The notes under the pieces: generated by a model | What the model saw: the letters and a program-made list of their open reading frames with translations, nothing else | What the model was told of the DNA's origin: nothing | Database searches by the model: none | Shown: positions 34,538 through 46,688 of the stretch, in pieces | Layout: every line of letters begins with the position of its first letter | Numbering within the stretch: position 1 is the first letter of the stretch | Program-made: the position numbers and the translations under genes | Assembly: GCF_006345805.1 (NCBI RefSeq) | Contig: NW_021835954.1 | Span: 62,001-126,000 of the forward strand | Direction: 5' to 3' | DNA: 64,000 nucleotides | Source of the DNA: Octopus sinensis | Lineage: Eukaryota

Positions 34538-35361
34538 CTATACTTATTCCACGTCCTCGCATTGTTGTGTTTTCTCTTTGTGTTTTCATGTTTGGATTAA
34601 CTATATATATATATATATATATATATACACAAAAAGCATATATATATACATAAGGCAGTTGTTTAGCAGAATCATTAGAGCATCATTTTTGCAAAGCAAT
34701 ATAACAAGGAAGCATCCGTAGTCACTCAGCCTGCTAGAAATAGTAAGCAATCTCCCTAAAATGACATATAACTATCTTTAAAAAAGCAAAGATACAACGG
34801 GCATTGTAAACCTTGAATATTCAAAAAAGGACAAGAATGTTCACAGCTAGAATTCTTTTGCTCAGAGGCCTGTCCAGTTAAGGTTGACCTGGGGCTATAC
34901 AGCAACAAGAATTTGCTCAAACATTTTATGCTAAATTTCCATATTGATAGAAACATGAAAACTTTGCCAGTGCTGGAAATTATCTTTAAAAATCACTGGC
35001 ACTGCACCAAATGACCTTTTGCCCTTTTCTGCGCGGATGATCAGAAGGATGGAGCTATCTGATTTAATGATCTGTTTTTAGGGTTGCTGCAAACAAAACC
35101 TGAAGTCTCACCAGAAAATGTTTTCTTGAAATCAATAAAGACAGCATCATCATGAACAACTGTTCCACCAGAACCAACGCTAACATCTCTAAAACCACCA
35201 CCAACCACTCCCCCACCACCACCACCGCCGCCTTTCTCTCGTATTTCCCACGCACAGAGATTGGCTGCAGCCGACATTGCAACCGTTTCCTTTTACTGCC
35301 AAATCTCAATATCGGAAATCCAAGAAATGTGTGTCTATCCATGTGGCCTTTATTGTTGCTG

Positions 35362-35825
35362 CATGTGTGTGTGTGTGAGTGTGTGAGTGTGTGTGTATGT
35401 GTATGCATGTGTGTGTGTATGTGTATGCGTGTGTATGAGTGTCTGTTTATGTGTGTGCATGCATATGTGTGTGTGTATGTGAGTGTATGTATTTGTGTGT
35501 GAGTGTATGCACACATGTGTGTGTAAGTGTGTGTGAATGTGTGTGTGAGTGTCTGTTTGTGTGTGTGTGTGTGTGCATGTGTGTGTGCGCGTGCATGCAC
35601 ATGTGAGTGTATGTGTTTCTGTGTAACAGTATGCACACATGTTTGAATGCACATGTGTGTGTGTACGTGTGTGTGTATGTGTATGCATGTGTGCGTGTGT
35701 GTTTGTGTGTGTGTGTGCATGCATATGCGTGTGTGTATGTGAGTGTATGTGTTTGTGTGTGAGTGTATGCACACGTGTGTATGCACATGTGTGTGTGTCC
35801 GTGTGTGTGTGTGTGTGTATTTCTG
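35362..35825. repeat. Degenerate (GT)n-rich array
   Basis: Direct reading. Confidence 0.9.
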
Positions 35826-35942
35826 TGTGAGTGCATTTGCTTACTCGACTAACGTCAGCTGTATTTTTCCTTTTCATCCTATCAAGATGTCTGTGTTGTT
35901 TATAAAATATAAAAATGTAAATTTGGCCACCACTACACACTT

Positions 35943-35987
<45 letters not shown>

Positions 35988-36342
35988 TGTGCAGCTGTAG
36001 GAGTTTCTGTCATCAATAATTCTGGATAAACTACAGGAACATTAACCATGTCAACCTCTGGAATGCCTGCAACAAACAGGGGCACAGCCCACCCCTCTCC
36101 AGACACAACAACAACAACAACAACAACAACCACTGCTTCCACCAACACTACCGCCGCCGCCACCACCACCACCACCATCATCAACATCATTTTAACATCT
36201 ATTTTTTCCATGCTTGGATAGATTCATAAATCTGCCTCAATAAATTCTATGAATTTATTGAGGCAGATTTTCTCTATTTGGATGCCCTTCCTGTCACAAA
36301 CTCTTGATTGTCTCCAAGCAAGGTAATTTTCCCCCATGATTA

Positions 36343-37770
36343 AATATGGGCGGACCTCGCGGTGATGACATTCGTCTCGATGGTGATTTTCAATCCCATG
36401 GAGCCAAGTGTGTTAATTAGATCTTTCCTAAGCCTGTCTAGGGTGTGCCCGTTTGCTCCTCTAGAGATGGCCAGGGTGTCATCTCTGTAGAGACCAACGA
36501 GGACAGAGAGGAACTTTTTCTTAAAGATATCAAGGATATACAACCCTATGAGATCGCATACACCAGCACTGTCGCAGGCACCCGTCGCTACGCCAAAGGA
36601 GCCTGCAGGGGTCGGGTTGTTTGACCCAGGTCGAAGCTTAATTGAACAGCAGTGATTTTCTGGCGTGCATAACGTCAGTGAAGCCTAGCAAAGGAAAGTG
36701 CCTCGACCAATAACCTTTTTGTGATAGACGGGTAAAAATCGACGGTCAAACTGGATGAACCTTGCTCTGCCTCTCCCCTTATTGGTATTAAACCATGCAA
36801 TCACCTTGTTGGTGCTTGGCCATAGGGAAAAGTTGGTGGTTCTCCTTATGTCGTTATTGATGTTTCTTAGTATATGCTTGCTCGCTAGACCGATCTCAGA
36901 TTTGGCCGGATTATTCAGGTGGCATTTAGGGTTTGGGACAAAGTTCGGTTTATGATCTTTGGTGGTAATAAAGATGTTGCTTTTGGCTAAGATCTGTACA
37001 CTATCAGCTATACCTAGGTCGCTGGCTAATTGTTTGGCCTCACTGTTGATGTCGTCTGTGTGTTGGGAACCACACCTATAATTCTGTGTAATATTGTTTT
37101 CTAGCATCGTATCGTAATTAAGGGTGTCTATCCTATATAGGTTTTTAAGGACGTATCCTAGCTTTTTTTAGCAATCTAATGTCGGCACGGAACTTATGTT
37201 GGAAGGAGCAAGAGGACTTACGGAATTTTAGCTTGGAAATGACGCCCTGTAGTTCCGTTTCGAAGGGCTCGAGGTCCTTGATCTTGGGTGGGTATTTTCT
37301 AGATTTGACCCCATAGGTATTGCTCTCCAGGAATAGCGTGGCTAGGTTGTGGTAGAAGGCTTTCCATCTCCTTCGCCTTATTACGTCCATCATTTTTGTT
37401 TCTAGCAGCATTCGAGTGTACAGCTCATTAGATGTGTAGGTATATTCTTAGTGAAGTACCCAAGGTCAAAACGTTCCATATTCATGAGAGACCAAGTGGT
37501 TTCCGTAAATATGTATAAGCGCGGCCTACGGGCCAGCTATTTGACACAAACCACGTGGTCTTTGTAAAACACTGGCTACGGAGCGAGAAGGTAGAACATA
37601 AATCCGAGAAAAGAAGCACACTCTAAGTTATAGAGCAGTATATAATATAAATAAAGTTAGATAAGCCCGGTTTATGAGATTACCCCAGGTTTCACGTCCA
37701 TAAAGCACGTAGCTTTACGGCGTATCGTCAAATCCCAAACGCCAGAAAAACAGTGTCCTTCAATAAAGGT
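36343..37770 (-). mobile_element. Penelope-like element (Neptune-type): 5' hammerhead region plus frameshifted N-terminus/RT, 3'-truncated
   Basis: MNMERFDLGYFTKNIP; RRRRWKAFY..YGVKSRKYPP..FETEL; FITTKDHKPNF..NPKC..NPAKSEIG; FIQFD; GLYRDD. Confidence 0.9.
37676..37736 (-). ncRNA. Hammerhead ribozyme (C3U variant) upstream of the Penelope ORF
   Basis: Minus strand GGGAU-UUGACGA-U-ACGCC-GUAAAGC(UACGU)GCUUUAU-GGACGU-GAA-ACC(UGG)GGU-A-AUCUC. Confidence 0.65.
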
Positions 37771-37789
37771 TCGACTTGAGTCAATAAAA

Positions 37790-37910
37790 ATAAGTACCCT
37801 TTGGGGGTCAATAAAATAAGTACGAGTTGAACACTGGGATCAATATAATCAACTTACTGCCTCCCCAAACTTGCTGGCCCTGTGCCAAAATTTGAAAGCA
37901 ATAATTAATA
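37790..37910 (+). mobile_element. SINE family D, 3' fragment
   Basis: GGGGTCAATAAAATAAGTAC...TTGCTGGCCCTGTGCCAAAATTTG. Confidence 0.65.
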
Positions 37911-38128
37911 GGTCCCTAAATAATAATTAGCATACCCCTCTGCAGGGTTTGAACTCGGAAATTTTATTTAGTAAGCAAAGATTTCAGGACTCTTAACCAG
38001 TTATCACAATCCTTTATATTTTTTTCTACACTTCATTAGCAAATTTGTCCATTCATCCCTCGTTTCAATTAATTTTGATCATAATGAATAATTTAGTAAA
38101 ACAATTTTAATACGAAATTTTGATGGAA

Positions 38129-38287
38129 GGCGTAGGAGTGGCTGTGTGGTAAGTAGCTTGCTTACCAGCCATATGGTTCTGGGTTCAGTCCCACTGCGTG
38201 GCACCTTGATCAAGTGCCTTCTACTATAGCCTCGGGCCGATCAAAGCCTTGTGAGTGGATTCGGTAGGCGGAGAAGCCCGTCGTATA

Positions 38288-38320
<33 letters not shown>

Positions 38321-38545
38321 CTGTGTGTGTGTGTGTCTGTGTGTTTGTCCCCACAATATCGCTTGACAACCGATGCTGGTGTGTTTACGTTCCCATAACT
38401 TAGCGGTTCGGCAAAAGAGACCGATACAATAAGTACTAGGCTTACAAAGAATAAGTCCTGGGGTCGATTTGCTCGACTAAAAGGCGGTGCTCCAGCATGG
38501 CCACAGTCAAATGACTGAAACAAATAAAAGAGTAAAAGAGTAAAA
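38129..38545 (+). mobile_element. SINE family B, full length
   Basis: Full consensus match. Confidence 0.9.
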
Positions 38546-38871
38546 AAAAGAAGTTTTAAATATAGATCCCTAAAACCATGTTACCATGTTTCTGTTGAAA
38601 TACGTTACTTTCATCTCAATTATTTTTGAAAATAATGAAGAATTTAATAAAATAACTTCACCATTATCAAGATGGCGTTTGGAACATAAATTAGCGCGAA
38701 ATTTTGACAGATGGTTTGATTCCGATTACTTTGAAACAGGATCCAGAGCCAGTCTCAAATGAATTGATATCAACAGGGCACTGGAGGGTTAATTGAAGAT
38801 TCGATTGCTGTAGTTTTAATTAAATCATAAAAGCTCTGTTAATGACTTGTAATTATTATGTCATAGGATTC

Positions 38872-39175
38872 TTTCTTTTGCTCTTCTACTTGTTTCATTT
38901 ATTTGACTGTGGTCATGCTGGAGCACCACTTTGTAAGATTTTAGTTGAACAAATCACCCCTAGGACTTACTTCTTAAGCTTATCAGCCGCTTTTGCCGAA
39001 CCGCTAAGTTATGGGGACGTAAACACACTAACACTGGTTGTCAAGTGGTGATGGGATACAAACACAAAGACACACACACATCATACAGACACACATACAC
39101 ACATACATACATACATGCATACATACATACATACATACATACATACATACATACATACATACATACATACATACA

Positions 39176-39208
<33 letters not shown>

Positions 39209-39356
39209 GACGGGCTTCTTCCAGTTTCTGTCTACCAAATCCATTCACAAGGCTTTGGTCGGCCCGAGGCTATAGCATCCTAGGTGCTACACAATGGGAC
39301 TGAACCTGGAACCATGTGGTTGGTAAGCAAGCTTCTTATTACACAGCCACGCCTGT
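38872..39356 (-). mobile_element. SINE family B, full length with (CATA)n expansion
   Basis: Reverse complement of the consensus. Confidence 0.85.
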
Positions 39357-39579
39357 AGAGCTGCGACAAACAAAAGTTTGTTTCACAAAAGTATCCAGTG
39401 ATTACGGAATTAACATAAAAAGGAACACTACTATCACCAATGAGAGAGCCTCTACGTGGCTGTTGTGTCTGCTAGAAACAATAATCAGATATCTCTCATA
39501 TTTCACCCTGCTATCTTAGAAAAGTAAAAATGCACTGGATGAGGTAAGAAACGTTGCTGGAAATAAAAACGAGATAATC

Positions 39580-40230
39580 TTAGAGCTCACAACAATACTA
39601 CTGCAACGGGAGGGAACGTCTTCTCTGCACTTTTCGGGTGCAGTCGGTGCAATCACTTTCCGTTGCTTTAATATCCAGATTCCACCAGTCAGAAACAACA
39701 AGACGCAGACGTAAGAAATATATATCTACTTTATTCTCTTATGACAGTAACAAATAAGTGGTGTATCTGGTATCCCTTTGGTATGGATGTGTCAGAGCTG
39801 AACTTTATCGCTGTAGAATTTACAGTGTTCAAATGCAAACGACACTGGTCAAGATGGCGTCCGGAGGGAGAAGATGATGCGGTCTGCAACAAATGCTGGT
39901 TAAAAGTCTTTTGGTAAAGGCTGCTGCTATGATCAAGTCCGGAGAGAGAAAGAATTACACGTCTGTTGCCTTCGATAGCTGTGTCTCAAGTCACTGCCTA
40001 CTGGACGCTGGTGGTCAACGTCCTACGCTCCCCTTGCCTCGCGGCTAAACTGCCACGTAGGCAAATGGTCCCTCTTCCGGTGGTGAAAGCACCAACTCCG
40101 CACGCGCGAAACAGAAAAGGACGGTGCGCGCGCGCACCGTTATATAGGATCACTACACTACCATCACGACCATCACCACTCACGACAAACACCAAGCCTC
40201 TATATGTTTACTTGATCTGCTATATAAAGC
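39580..40230. promoter_or_regulatory. CpG-rich island with promoter-like motifs
   Basis: Many CpGs compared with flanks; CAAGATGGCG (YY1-like), CTTCCGGT (ETS-like), 20-bp palindrome 40121-40140, CTATATAAAG near 40219. Confidence 0.4.
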
Positions 40231-40284
40231 AGCAATATTCTTTCAAATTGCTTCCTACCAAGGAGGACGATGTAATGCTAAATA

Positions 40285-40480
40285 TGAGGCTGTATTAAAA
40301 AGTCCATAGGCTCACTATGAAGGAGTTATGCTTTAATTCCAACCCTTCTTATTATTATTAACTGAATTGTTTCTTTCCAGGCAAACTGACATCTGACTGT
40401 TCAATGTTGACTCCAAAACTAATTGGTAGTGACTTCTCTTGGAAATGGACAAAATTTGGCATCATGCTGTATTATAAAGC
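40285..40480 (+). mobile_element. Mariner 5' end (TIR plus MDKIWHHAV)
   Basis: TATGAGGCTGTATTAAAAAGTCCATAGGCTCAC resembles the reverse complement of the 42860-42892 end; ATG GAC AAA ATT TGG. Confidence 0.65.
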
Positions 40481-40487
40481 AATCTTT

Positions 40488-41765
40488 TGCCGCTGTGTTA
40501 TCTGTCTTTGTACGACGGTTGTTGCTCTGACAGATATTGTTATATTCCGAAGTCGTCGATAAAATCTTTCTATCTGACCCTGTACAACTGGAGGTCGTAT
40601 AGTGTTATTACCCTCAAATGGTTGGACCGTTATAACGTCCACTCAGTATCACAGTATAATTACTAGATATGTACAAACACGACTATCAACACAATCTACA
40701 CGTACTCTCGTATTCTACGCACTCTCTCGATACTGGCCGACGTCACCTTACTTATAGTGACAGACCCATTCTACTCGTCACGTGGGAGGAGTGTACCATT
40801 ATTACTAATTCCCTGCAACTTCTCCCCTTTTAAGTTTTTCTTAGTAAGTGTCATTTTATTTAGCATTAATATTTTTATTTACCCCCACCACCCCTTTTTT
40901 CGTTTTTTTTTCCTACAATTTATTTTTGCGCTTGGCATCTATTTTCAGGAACTCTGTATGTTTTTTCTTCCTCTCACTTGTACGCCTGAGTTCAATCTCC
41001 TGCCGTGGCGTTGGTACTTGGAACGTATCGTACAACCATTCCATCGGTTCCTCCAACTTCTTTGGTTCGCTTTCCACGAATCTCTTTTTCAGTTGGTTCC
41101 TGCATCTCTTTTGTATACCTTTTCTACTTTTTACCCGATACATCATTTTACCAATGCATTTGGTACCTTCCTCATCTTCCCCACTCTGCTTTCCATTCTT
41201 GTAAGCCTTCATATACATCTTTTCACCAACTTTAAAGAATCTTGCTATGTCTTCCCTGGCACTTTTTTCTTTTCTTGACAGACAGCAATTTATCAAAAAC
41301 TGATTTTACTTTCCTTGCAAACAGAAGCTTCGTTGGTGAACAACCTGCAGTTGCATCTGCTGTTGTTCTTCTTCTTTCAACTGTTGGTGTTGCTGTTTTT
41401 GCAACTCAAGCAAACTGGCCAATAAATCTTCCATAATTTTACAATTTTTCGTAAAATTTACACAACAACTTTGTGTGTTTATTAACACCTCTACGAGTTT
41501 CTATTAACTCCATGTGAATCGGTTAATCCTCGCTGAGTTTATCAATTTCTCGTGAGTTGCTTAAATGCTCTTTGAGTTTCTATTAACACCACGGGAATTG
41601 GTTTATCCTTGTCGCCACTGTTGTATCTATCTTTGTACGACGGTTGCCCCTCTGACAGATATTGTTATATTCTGAAGCTGTCGATAGGATGTTACTATCT
41701 GGCACTGTACGACCCCCACTCGTCACGTGGGAGGGGTGTAGCATTATTACTAATTCCCTACAACA
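40488..41765 (-). mobile_element. Internally deleted Ty3/gypsy-like LTR element
   Basis: Related direct repeats 40488-40820 and 41610-41765; polypurine tract AAAAGGGGAGA adjacent to the 3' LTR; gag-like MEDLLASLLELQKQQHQQL and pol C-terminus-like FKVGEKMY...CIGKMMYRV...RCRNQLKKR...RRTSERK. Confidence 0.65.
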
Positions 41766-41880
41766 TGCTTTTCATCCTTTCGGGGTCAATAAATTAAGTA
41801 TCAGTGAAACACTGGGGTCAATGTAATCAACTAGTCCCCTCCCTGCAAATTTCAGGCTTTGTGCCTTTAGTAGAAAGGAT
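41766..41880 (+). mobile_element. SINE family D, 3' fragment
   Basis: TTTTCATCCTTTCGGGGTCAATAAATTAAGTA...(TTA)n. Confidence 0.75.
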
Positions 41881-41901
41881 TGTTATTATTATTACTATTA
41901 T

Positions 41902-42892
41902 TGGGTTTAGCCCCCAACAATATTCATGATGATATGGCTGCTACATTCTTGAAGATGACCCAAGATCTGGACGTCCTGCAACTGCCACCACCAAGGAAAA
42001 CATTGATCACGTTCACCACATGCTGATGGATGACAGGCAATTGACTATAAATCAAATGGCCAATGCTATTAGCATATTCTGTGAGAGGGTTGAAAATATT
42101 CTGCATAATAAATTTGGCATGATGAAGGTGTCTGCGCGGTAGGTGTCTCATTTGACAGCCAATCAAAAGTGCACCAGGTTGAACACATCACTGCAAAATC
42201 AGACATTCTTTCAAGCAGATCCAGCTGGGTTCCTTGAACGTTTCCTTAACCAGGATCAGTGTTGGCTTCACCACTTTGAGACAGAGACAAAGAGACAATT
42301 CACGGTGGAAACACCCCTCTTCGCCTACTCTAGAGAAGTCCAAGGTCATTTAATTTGCAAGGAAGACGATAGCCTCAGTTATTTTGAAGATGAAAATGGT
42401 ATTGCATTTAATATAACTATCTTTAAAAGGGCTACATCATCAATGGAGAGAACTATGCCAGCTTGCTGAGGCAGTTATCAAAGGCTATCAAGACCAAATG
42501 TCCAGGGTTTTGTTTCATTAGGATAATGTTCCAGCACTCAAGTCTTTGCTTTCAAAGATTGCTGTGCATGCCTGGTGTTTTGAACTGGTTGAGCACCCTC
42601 CCTATTCTCCTGGTTTGGCCCCATCTCACTATCTTCTGTTCCCCAACATGGAAAAACACTTGACCGAGAAACAGTATCACAGTGATGATGATGATGATGA
42701 TGCCATATCTGCTGTTGATGACATTTTTAACCAACAGGATGAAAGCTTCTTCACAAATGTGAGCCAAGCACTGCAAGACTGACAGAAGAAATGTGTGGAA
42801 TGTAAGGAGTATTACATTGAAAAATAAACCTCATTTGATCCCATTCGATGAAAGTATTTTGGTCAGCCTACAAACTTTTCAGTTGTCTCTTA
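41902..42892 (+). pseudogene. Mariner transposase remnant (continuation of 40285-40480) with 3' TIR
   Basis: GLAPNNIHDDMAAT, LEDDPRSGRP, DQCWLHHFETETKRQ, EHPPYSPGLAPSHYLLFPNMEKHL; multiple disablements. Confidence 0.85.
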
Positions 42893-43019
42893 TATAAAGA
42901 TGGGATGATTGAAGCTAGAATAGTCTCAGAACTTTGATCAATCAAGGCTCACTTAAGTCTAAAAAAGAGCAGCAACATCAAGAGTCAAGTTCCCTAAAAG
43001 AAATCTTTATGGCATTTTT

Positions 43020-43295
43020 TGCCATCAACCAGATGTCTGCACATTCTGAGTTCAAATTCCACTGAGGTTGACTTTGCTTTTCATCCTTTCAGGGTCAATA
43101 AATTAAGTACCAGTGGAACACTGGGTCAATGTAATCAACTAGTCCCCTCCCTGAAAATTTCAGGCCTTGTGCCTTTAGTAGAAAGGATTGTTATTATTAT
43201 TATTATTATTATTACTATTATTATTATTATTGGGGTCAATGTAATTGATTTACCTCCTCCCCCACAATTGCTGGCCATGTGCCAAAACTTGACAT
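43020..43295 (+). mobile_element. SINE family D copy with internal (TTA)n and duplicated 3' end
   Basis: TTCTGAGTTCAAATTCCACTGAGGTTGACTTTGCTTTTCATCCTTTCAGGGTCAATAAA. Confidence 0.75.
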
Positions 43296-44497
43296 AAATA
43301 TTACTTATGTCCACAGTAAAATACTTTCATGGTTATGTGTTGGTCATATGTGGACTGATTTGGATTTCTATAAACATCTCCAACACTTAACAGAAAGACT
43401 GATATTTATCAGGAAGTATTGATTTTTAAATAAGAAGCCAGAACCAGTTTGCTTTAACTTGACAAATGCTGTCATGAGAGTTGCCACTAATCTTTGGTCA
43501 CCTCGACCACAGGAAAAAGATGTGAATCAGGCTCCACCACCATGCAGTGGGCCCCTATGTGGTCACTTGACCTACTAGAAACAGCAAACAGTTCTCCCTC
43601 AAATCTCTACCATCTTATAAAAAAAGATATATTGTTTAGTTCAGATATGTCATGTCTGAAAAAAAAAAATAAATGCTTACAATATGAACACTTCTGATTG
43701 ATCAGAGATGATATGGAGTTATAAAACAACAAAAGCAACACCAAAAACAACAGTGTAGTGAACAGCTACAGAATAGCCAAAGCAGGGTTTTGAAACCAAA
43801 TCCACAATTTTATAGATTGACAAACAAATTTCTGGTCTATTGTTTTTCTCCTCTCTACACTCAAGAGATTAATGTGAATGAGTTGACCTCAAAAACCTTC
43901 TCAAGTCATAGAAAGGTCAGAAGAGATAATACTGCAAAAGTCTATAGTCTTAGATTCACCTGGTTTATTCGGTAACAATATCAAAACACAAGCATATAGC
44001 TATCTTTCTGTCTTTGTCATTTCAGCTGCTGAAAGAAGAGCAAACTTACAATTTTTCTCTATTTATAAAGGCACTTTAATCCTTCCCTCTCGCTGGCAGC
44101 ATAGAGATGAAACAAGCTCCTAAACAGAATGAATCATGGCTCCACAGAAATTGTTCTTCAGCATTTACAAACAATGTGTACACACAAGCAACTCATCACA
44201 GTTGCTAATTGTATTTTGTAACAACTAATATTATAAACAACTGAATAAATGCCCCCATCTTCATAATGAATATTGTTCTGTTCTTCAATCATTTCTCTGC
44301 AACAAAACTTCATCTTTGTTACATTCTGGTGGCAACAGTATTCAATTTACCACCATCACCCATTCTCCATCTTTCACTCTCTCATACTCTTTTGCAATCT
44401 CTTCTCACATGCACACTTCTGGTTCTTCTGTCCCCATTCACTTTTACTCCCTTTGTACTTTAAGGATCCACCTACACACCTCATAACCATGATGTGT

Positions 44498-44797
44498 GGA
44501 GGCACATGGCCTAGTGGTTAGGGCAGCGGACTCATGGTTGAGGGATCGCAGGTTCGAATCTCAGACCGGGTGATGTGTGTGTTTATGAGCAAAACACCTA
44601 AGCTCTATGCAGCTCTGGCAGACGGTAATAGCAAACTTCTGCTGACTCTTTCGCCACAACATTCTCTCACTCTTTTCTCCTGCATCTTGTAGCTCACCTG
44701 TGATGGACTGTCCAGGTGGGGAACCTATATACCAAGGAAACCGGGAAACCGGCCCTTATGAGCCAGGCGTGGCTCGAGAAGGAACAAAAAAAAAAAA
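44498..44797 (+). mobile_element. tRNA-derived SINE of a third family, poly(A) tail, 12-bp TSD
   Basis: A box TGGCCTAGTGG, B box GGTTCGAATC, V-domain-like TGATGGACTG..TCCAGG, poly(A); TSD AACCATGATGTG at 44485-44496 and 44796-44807. Confidence 0.85.
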
Positions 44798-44984
44798 CCA
44801 TGATGTGCACCTTCTGCTGTAAGAAACTTGTTCTGTTCTGGACCCCTTCTCTCATATTTAACCTCTCACCTCTTAGAATAAAGTTGCTTTTGGTGGGGTT
44901 CATAATCTTGTAAGCTGCATGGCAACTTTATTAGTGCTGAGACCATGAAAAAAAGCATTTAGTACATGGTGCAAAGTTTTTGGT

Positions 44985-45118
44985 GTTAAGAAGGGCATCC
45001 AACCAAAGGAACCATACCAGAGTAGACACTAGAGCATGATGTATTACAGAACCTGTTGTTTGCTGACGACCTGATCAGCCCTTGCCAGTATGGAACATAG
45101 ATGTTAAATGATGATGAC
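44985..45118 (+). mobile_element. Old RTE 3' UTR fragment
   Basis: GGTGTTAAGAAGGGCATCC...GATGTTAAATGATGATGAC. Confidence 0.55.
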
Positions 45119-45781
45119 ATACAAAGCTAGTATTTGAAATCATTTAATTTCTTTTTGGAAACAAATGAAAAATAAAGTAAGAAAAACTCAAAAAGTGTCT
45201 CAGAATGGTTTTATATATTCAAGATTCAAGTACAGTGAATTGATCTAGCGAAGCTTTTAGGTGATAATGAACAAATGGTATGGTTGTACTTTTGAAGACT
45301 TTAGCATACAGTCTATCTGATAAAGAATTGGATTTCTGATGGTTGAGGATATAGACTTGGTAAAAATCTGCAACTAGAAGCCTCGGCTAGGTCTCATCAA
45401 CTGACAGAGTTATTACTCTATTCAAAGCATCCTGGAGGATAAATAACCTACTTGGAATACTGTTTGGAAGGGTTGGGAATGTTTTATGTAGGCATTAATC
45501 AAATTTTTTTGGTGATAATATAATAATAATGTTGATTTTTCTAACATGAGAAATAATAATAATAATTCATCCTCTTCCTTTTGAAATGATCAGTTTTCCT
45601 TTCTAAATCGATCACACTTCATAGTTGTCCTCTTCCAATAGTTTCCTATGTTGGTACTGTTTCAGTTGTATTCTCCACTGTCGGTAACCAATCACAGCTG
45701 TTGTTCCATACAAGAATAAACAAATGTAACCAATTATCTAGAAAAATAAACAAGAAAATATTCATTAAAAATATATAAATC

Positions 45782-46081
45782 TTTCGTTTTTTGGATTTGG
45801 TTTGCAAGATTCTTTATATGAGTTCGTGTGTTGAAGCATATTCTGTTGTGTCTGGGGAGAGTCATTTTCTTTTTGTGCCTTATTATTTAACACACTCACC
45901 AGTAAAATTTCCACTTATTTCTTATTTTTATTTTCAAGAGTCAAGACTCTTGAAAAGGTTGCAAGACACAATGAAAATTTTAGGAAAATAAAAATAAGAA
46001 ATAAGTGGAAATTTTACCAGTGAGTGTATTACATTATAAGGCACAAAAAGAAAATGACTCTCCCCAGACACAACAGAATAT
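45782..46081. mobile_element. Asymmetric fold-back element (same family as 13561-13898)
   Basis: Arms TTCTGTTGTGTCTGGGGAGAGTCATTTTC... and its reverse complement; same 60-bp unpaired 5' extension. Confidence 0.75.
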
Positions 46082-46457
46082 AAATCTTTATTTTTTGTAA
46101 CAAAAAAAATGCTCAGGCTTTTGAACCAGCAAACATATATTTAGCAGGTGAAATTTCATTTGATTCTATTCCAGGAAGCTGCAAAAGTCGGTGGCCACAT
46201 GACATCATGTTTATGGCTGAAAATAATGAATTTTCTACCAATTAGCAAGCCATAAAACACACACACAAAAAAAAAAAACATGTGGCTGCCTTTGTTTTGC
46301 ATCACCCAGGAGTATAGTCTAATGAGAATGAGCCCACAGAAGTGTATGCATGGGTTCAAAGGGTTAGCACTACAATGCCCATCGTTAATTATTCTTCCTG
46401 CTTCAAATACAAATTCTTTAAAAGAAGCAGGTCCCAAAACTATAATTTGGATGAACT

Positions 46458-46688
46458 TTAACCCTTTAGCATTCAAATTATTCTGTCAAATGTTAATGCT
46501 TAATTATTCAAATCGGTTTGAATTAATTTTGCATTATCTCATAACTTCAATATTTCAATGATGGAATCGGTTGTTTCTAGAATAATATTGTAGAGTAGTT
46601 GTTAGATGCCAGGTCTGGCTGGTTTCAGCATAAAACCAGGTAGAATATTTGGGTCAGATATGGCCAGATTAAATGCCAGTGGGTAAAG
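46458..46688. mobile_element. Possible piggyBac-type MITE
   Basis: TTAACCCTTTAGCATT at left; degenerate AATGCCAGTGGGTAAA at right. Confidence 0.4.

Noticed and set aside
35041-35277. ORF with DAVFIDFKKTF resembling an RT motif
   Set aside because: It is a single short motif in a low-complexity frame with no neighbouring RT motifs.
44498-44570. tRNA gene
   Set aside because: It has A/B boxes but continues into a SINE body with poly(A) and TSD; no complete cloverleaf.
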